41,140 nucleotides of DNA from Atractiella rhizophila. Taxonomy: Eukaryota. Positions 35,787-41,140 of the stretch are shown here, piece by piece. Both the position numbers and the translations under genes were made by a program. Below the pieces are notes generated by a model. The model saw only the letters and a list, made by a program, of their open reading frames with translations. It was not told where the DNA came from and searched no databases. Every line of letters starts with the position of its first letter. The stretch's first letter is position 1. The DNA is taken from contig MU271528.1 of assembly GCA_021432655.1 (NCBI GenBank), forward strand, positions 1-41,140, in the 5' to 3' direction.

Positions 35787-38700
35787 TTACAAGTCAACAT
35801 TTGAGGGCGGCCAAATGCGTGACCAATCCCTCTCCTCGGCCGCAAATTTCTCCATCTCTTCCTTAAACTTCCGCTCAAACCCCACTCTGTCCTGGGTATC
35901 GCTCAACAAGTTCTCCATGGCGGAAAATGTTTTCACTATCGCTTTCCCCTTCTCTTTGTACCGCTCGATAGTTTGTTGTAACTCTTGCGGAGATACAGTA
36001 CGAGGAGGCGGTTTGCCAGAAAGTTTCGCAGCCAAGCGGCTGATGCACGCTATTGATCCTTTGATGTAGTATTGGCATCGCCCATATGCTAGAATAGCGT
36101 CCAGTTCCTCCTGTTCAGCCTCCGAAAGTGAGTGCATTTTTTGCTCTGGTTCTTTGAGTCCTTGAGCTAGATAATGTTCTCTAGCCCGCCAGCCCCAATA
36201 TGCCTGCATCACACAAAATAACCACCATCGACTCTTCTCTAATTCGCTTGAAAGACAGAATGCACATACCATGGACCGAAGGCGCAAAACATCCTCCCTC
36301 CACAACCTAGCCCTCGTCTGCTCCCTGAATTCACCTGTGAGCTTTTTACACCGTTCGACGTTCTCGATAGAAACGAAGTCGATAGCAACCTTGATGCAAT
36401 CGGACATATTGCATACCTATTAGACAACCACGTCGCGCTATTAGCGATGGACGGTAGAGAAGAGAATAGGACGCACTTGATGTGCACATCCGGCTGGAAT
36501 AAAGACCGCCTCTCCAGGCTTTTGCTCAATCCTCCACGCCTTCACATTCCACGGATCCTGGCTCAAGGTCTTCAACATCTCCTCGTCAATATAAAAATGT
36601 TGAGTGTGTATGGGGTCGTCGAATCGAGCTTTTGCATCAGCAATCCTCTCTTCGGCGGTCTCCCCAATGCAGCCGAAAGCAGGGTTTGCCGCTTGGTAGT
36701 GGTAAAGGAATTCTCGAATTTTATCCGACGATGAAGCTGGGAAGATGTCCCATGCGGCAGTACCAGTGGTCCCGTCTTCGTTGATAGCAAATGTCATGAC
36801 GTTAACGGCTGCATGAGCACTCCATTAAGTACGACATCTTCACGAGTAAAGGAAGACAAACCATCAGCAATATCCATGTGGAGCTGGGTGCTCCCTTTTC
36901 CACCCTTCCCCTTTTTGCTCTTAAAGGCAAGGTACATTTTTGGGCCACTGTTTTACATAATTTCAGCTTCAGCATTTCGAGGGGAGGGCACATACAGGTC
37001 TGGAAAATTACCATTTTCTGGACAATATGCTGAAACATTCAGTGGACCGTCCTTTCTTGTCACGTCGGGAACTGGTACGAAGGCTTTGAAATCCTCGTAG
37101 AGGTCTGGAAAGCTGGTCTCAAAGTCTTGAGTCGGCGGCCAATCCTGTGACATTACCCAGTCAACCCCCTTTCTTTCTCCTTCCTATGAAGGTCACTGTA
37201 CCTTTAGCTTCAGTACCTGATTTGCATGCGGCGTCCCAAACAACTTCAAAAAGTCCCCGACTTGCCCCGGAGTCCCAACACCAGTTTGGCAATCGTGGAC
37301 AGTGCATTCCTCCGTGCCGTATCTCTTGGCGAGTTCCAGTGGCTTCCAAAGCAATTCATCGTACTTGATCCCTTTCATTACCACTGCCTCCCCCAAACTC
37401 CAAATTTCCCGAAAGACGTTTGTTGAAGGGACATGGGAGAGCTCGATGTATGGAAGGGCATGTGACCGTTTGGGAACAGAGCGTGGTAGCATCCTCAGTT
37501 CTGTCGTCGTGTTCACGGCGGGTGGGAGAAGTTTCATCGTCTCTGTAGCAGTCTTGAGAGAAATTAGTTCTTCCTTTGAGAAGTAATTGAACCTTCGGAA
37601 AGAAGCCGATGTATGTTTCCGTGCTGTTTTTCCTCTCCCCCCTACACACTTCTCCAGAATATTACTTTCTTTCCCACCCTTGAGAGCAGAGTAACAATCG
37701 AAGCAGAACCCCCGACCACACCGCTCGCAGTTCCAGAATCCCGCCCATATCCCCGTCCAACAAGCATCACACATTGCCCTCTCCCCAACTTCTTGGACTT
37801 TCCACACAGTCTCTGCCTCTCCCTCCTTCTCACCAGCTTCCCAATGTTCAATCTCCTTCTCCAGTCCCTGCCAGACGACATCCGCGCATATACGTCCAAC
37901 AGCCCACACCTCGCTCCCATTTAATTTCCTACTGAAAGCATCCATACTTCGAAAGATCTCAGGTTCATTCTGCACCTCTTCCCTTCTCTTTTGGAGCGTC
38001 ATGAACATCGGTCCTCCGACGATGGCTCCCTTTTCATTGTATTCGAAGACTCGTATGCCTTCGAACCAACACTTGTGCCCACTGACGCGACTGACACAGC
38101 TTGAGCAGTTGTCAAACCGACTGTATATCCTTCGTAGGCATTTCCCTTCCTGATAACGATATCTGGCCGATGGAGCTACGGCAGGAGGAGAAGGAGCAAC
38201 AGCGTCGGGAACTGGGGTGTGGGATTTAGATTTAGATTTAGGAGGAACGCTTTGTTGTTCTCCATCCAAAGCGCGAGGCGGAACAGAGACTGGAGAGGGT
38301 CTCGAGGATTCCACGGCTTCGGTAGGATCATGAAGGTCCAACCAGCGCGCATCTTCGGTGGTAATTGTCTTCGCATTTTTATACGGAGCAGAACAAGAAG
38401 CTAGGCCGTCCTCTTGCTTGATGGCCCTCTGTCTATCAATTGACCGGACCGATCCGGAAGCGGAAGGGCCGATTGGAAAAGGGACGAGCCCGATTTCTTC
38501 TTCTTTGAGCTGCTTCATTCTCAACTCTCTTGAAAATTGATTTTCGTCCGCCTCCTCCTCGTCGACGACCATAGGTCGACCATCAAATGTGTCGGTGGAG
38601 GAGGGAGAGGATTGGGGAGGAACGTCAGGGAGGTTGTATTGGCGGACTCGGATAAAGCTGGCCAACACGGCGCGTTGTTCTGACTGCTCTTATTGATTGA

Positions 38701-39749
38701 GTGGCAGAGAACTCGGAGACGTAGACGCGAGCAGTTGAAGGCCCTGTGATGAGAATATTTGTTAAATGGTTGTACGTAGGAAATATAGCTGTTCGAGGAC
38801 GCAATCGTGGAGCCGTCCATCTAAAGCCTGCCTGCCATGTAGCATTCAATGTAATTTCTATGGATGCTAGATAGGATAGTGACACATCTACTTGCACAAC
38901 AGGGCACAGCATAACACTTTCTGGCGAGATGACGAGGTAGAATCACACCTAGAGCGGAAATTGAGCTTATCAGAATTGCCTTCGTCTCAGGGAGGACGGC
39001 ACCATCCTTTTTTGCGCTACCAAAAGCTCAACTTCCAAATCGATGAAGGCAGTCGTTCCATCGAGTTTCATCCAAAACACGAAGAGCATACAAAGTTGGC
39101 AGCAAGAAGTTCTGCCTGAGCAGAAAGCAAAAGCAACAGGATACCCACTACTCAGTGATGACTTTCAGAACTGTAGCCAGTCACAAGATGTAAAACGACT
39201 TAAAATAAGCCCAAAGATATTTTTTGTTGCGGCTCAAATCGTCACGACAGGATGTTGTCGCTCACGTTAAATAGAACAGGTCTGAATGTGGGTAGTTGTC
39301 CTCAGGTAACAGCAACGGACATCGTCAATAATTTCTCATTATCAACGCGTCGTTCTGGCAATTTGTAAATGCAAGTATACAATTAAATGATGCGTTAACA
39401 GAGTATTTCAACAGCCGAGAATTGATACATCTCCCTCAAGCATTAAAGTACAAGTTTGGAACTCCAGCGGCCACAACGTGATGCAATCACAAAGAAAGGA
39501 CGCACCAGTCCTCCTTCTCTTGTTTTCCCTCACATCCAGACCCACTGGTACTTCCACACTCTTCCGTGCTCCCTTCCTCGCTTTATTCCCAGAAATCTCA
39601 TTATTCATTCCATCTCTCTCCAATCCCAAGTCTGCTCCAACCACACCCTCTCCCCTTCCTTGCTCAGATTCAGCAGGATGGACAGGGCTGTCGTCCGTCT
39701 TTCTCCTCCTCTTCGCGCGTTCAGCGATGGAGAGATATTTGCTTTCCAT
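35787..39749 (-). CDS. JmjC-domain histone demethylase, KDM3/JHDM2-like
   Basis: Zn finger CDACWTGIWAGFWNCERCGRGFCFDC; LKLK|DWPP; GSTQLHMDIADAVN (HxD); AAWDIF; DPIH; FIPAGCAHQV; CIKVAIDFVS; 5' exons (38700-39895) uncertain. Confidence 0.9.
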
Positions 39750-40587
39750 CGGAAGTGCGACTTGCTTGGGTCGCAACAAGCTAGTTCTTCAAGTTGGAAG
39801 TAAATATTAGATATTGATATTGTCAAGAGATCCAGAGTTGATGATAGTTGGTGCAGGCTACAAAGTCGGAAGCAAAGACACCCGACATACCACATTCGCT
39901 ATCTATCCACCTAACTAATACTACCTATTTCCTAAAATCTTACCTTCATTCATCAATAATCACGTACATTTGCGAGTTTCCCTTATTCTCGCCTTTAGAA
40001 GTCAAAAAATCAAACGCTGTGCTCCCGCCTGTGTGTGGTATGGAGTCTGTCTCGAAGGTGATCTTTGAATCATTAGGATACTTCACTTCGATTTAGACCC
40101 CTGAGGAATTCTCCACCTTTGTTATCGTTGTCGTGTAATTTGTCGTGCATAGTTTTGTCGTGCACAACTGTTGAAGTAGTCACAACAAAACGCTGGCACA
40201 ACTTTCCTTTACAGCTTTAATTTACGCTCCCTTCAAGTTTCTGAGAGTGAACGGAGGGCACTTTTGTTTGCGTGAGGTCTAGATCGGCAATTTTCGTTTA
40301 CAAACTACAAGATCCTGCGAGCTCAAGTTTTTCTCGACAACATTTGTAGTCTTCACCTTAGCACTTGCAAATTCTCATGCAAATCAATTGCCAGTGTTCA
40401 TCGCTACCCTCTATGCGGGGTCCTGCTCCTTCCATGACAGCGTGCTCGGCTCGTCCCTGCATGAAACAAGTAAACATCAGTGAATTGTAGAGGAGTGGTG
40501 AACTGCTTTCCACAATACCGTCGTTTTGTCTTCTGTCTTCCCTATAGGCCGCATACTAACCCTCTGAGGTCAGTTGCTAAATCCTTC

Positions 40588-41140
40588 ATGGCGTCTGGCA
40601 ATTTTCCCGATTTTCGATTGAAGGCGTTCCTTCTCCCCCATCCTTCGCCGGAGCCCACTCAAGTGCATACAGCATTCCAATGGATCACGGTGAATACTGA
40701 TGCAAAAGCAAAGATTACCGAAATACTACCATTGCTTCATGGCTTACCAGAACGAGAAACCGACAGGAATATCAATGTCACATATACCGACCACTTTCGA
40801 AATGACTTGGAATTGCTACCCTCTACCGTCAAAGTCCCTTTTGGGAACAATCGTGACTTGGAATGTAGCCGAACGGTATGCAATGTTCCATTGCAATGAG
40901 AAAGAGGCTGATGCGAGTTAATAGGTCGAAGCGAACGAAGAAATTTGTGGAAGATTTGAAGGTGTTGATGCGATACATGTATCCCGCGAGGGCACCAGCT
41001 CCAGCTACGATCCAAATAGACAGATATTCTTGTGCGTTTATACGTAGTTCTAGTCGTCCCAACTAACAAATAACTGGAGGCACACCGCTGGATGTTGTGC
41101 GCATCAAGTCCGAGGAAGAAGTTTTGGTGATCGTGGTACT
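40588..41140 (+). CDS. Partial hypothetical protein running off the window
   Basis: ATG 40588 MASGNFPDFRLKAFLL; intron from 40877 (GTATGC..TAG) leads to VEANEEICGRFEGVDAIHV. Confidence 0.5.

Noticed and set aside
38222..38240. GATTTA microsatellite
   Set aside because: Simply encodes KSKSKS in a low-complexity linker of the JmjC protein

Overview
Eukaryotic, fungal (basidiomycete-like) genomic DNA with many short GT-AG introns, mostly 50-70 bp. Left to right: a small hydrophilic protein with a conserved fungal C-terminal motif (+); an unknown multi-exon protein (-); methylmalonate-semialdehyde dehydrogenase (-) with an abnormal 731-bp first intron; a DUF6534-type membrane protein (+); an intronless F-box/LRR-like gene (-); a full-length Ty1/copia LTR retrotransposon (-, 15385-21129, TSD AAGGC, non-canonical TG...CT ends); a secreted quercetinase-like cupin (-); an F-box gene (+) convergent with a DHA1-type MFS transporter (-), with both 3' ends inside an 886-bp tandem duplication; a Zn(II)2Cys6 transcription factor (-); a KDM3-like JmjC demethylase (-); and a partial gene at the right edge (+). 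Several oddities look like assembly or consensus artefacts: a 25-N gap with duplicated flanks, +1 frameshifts and a mosaic patch in the copia, and possibly the tandem duplication. I found no clearly new multi-gene system. The best leads are the atypical copia termini and LTR pair, the altered cupin metal site and the long MMSDH intron. Exon structures and family calls were made by eye, without searches.
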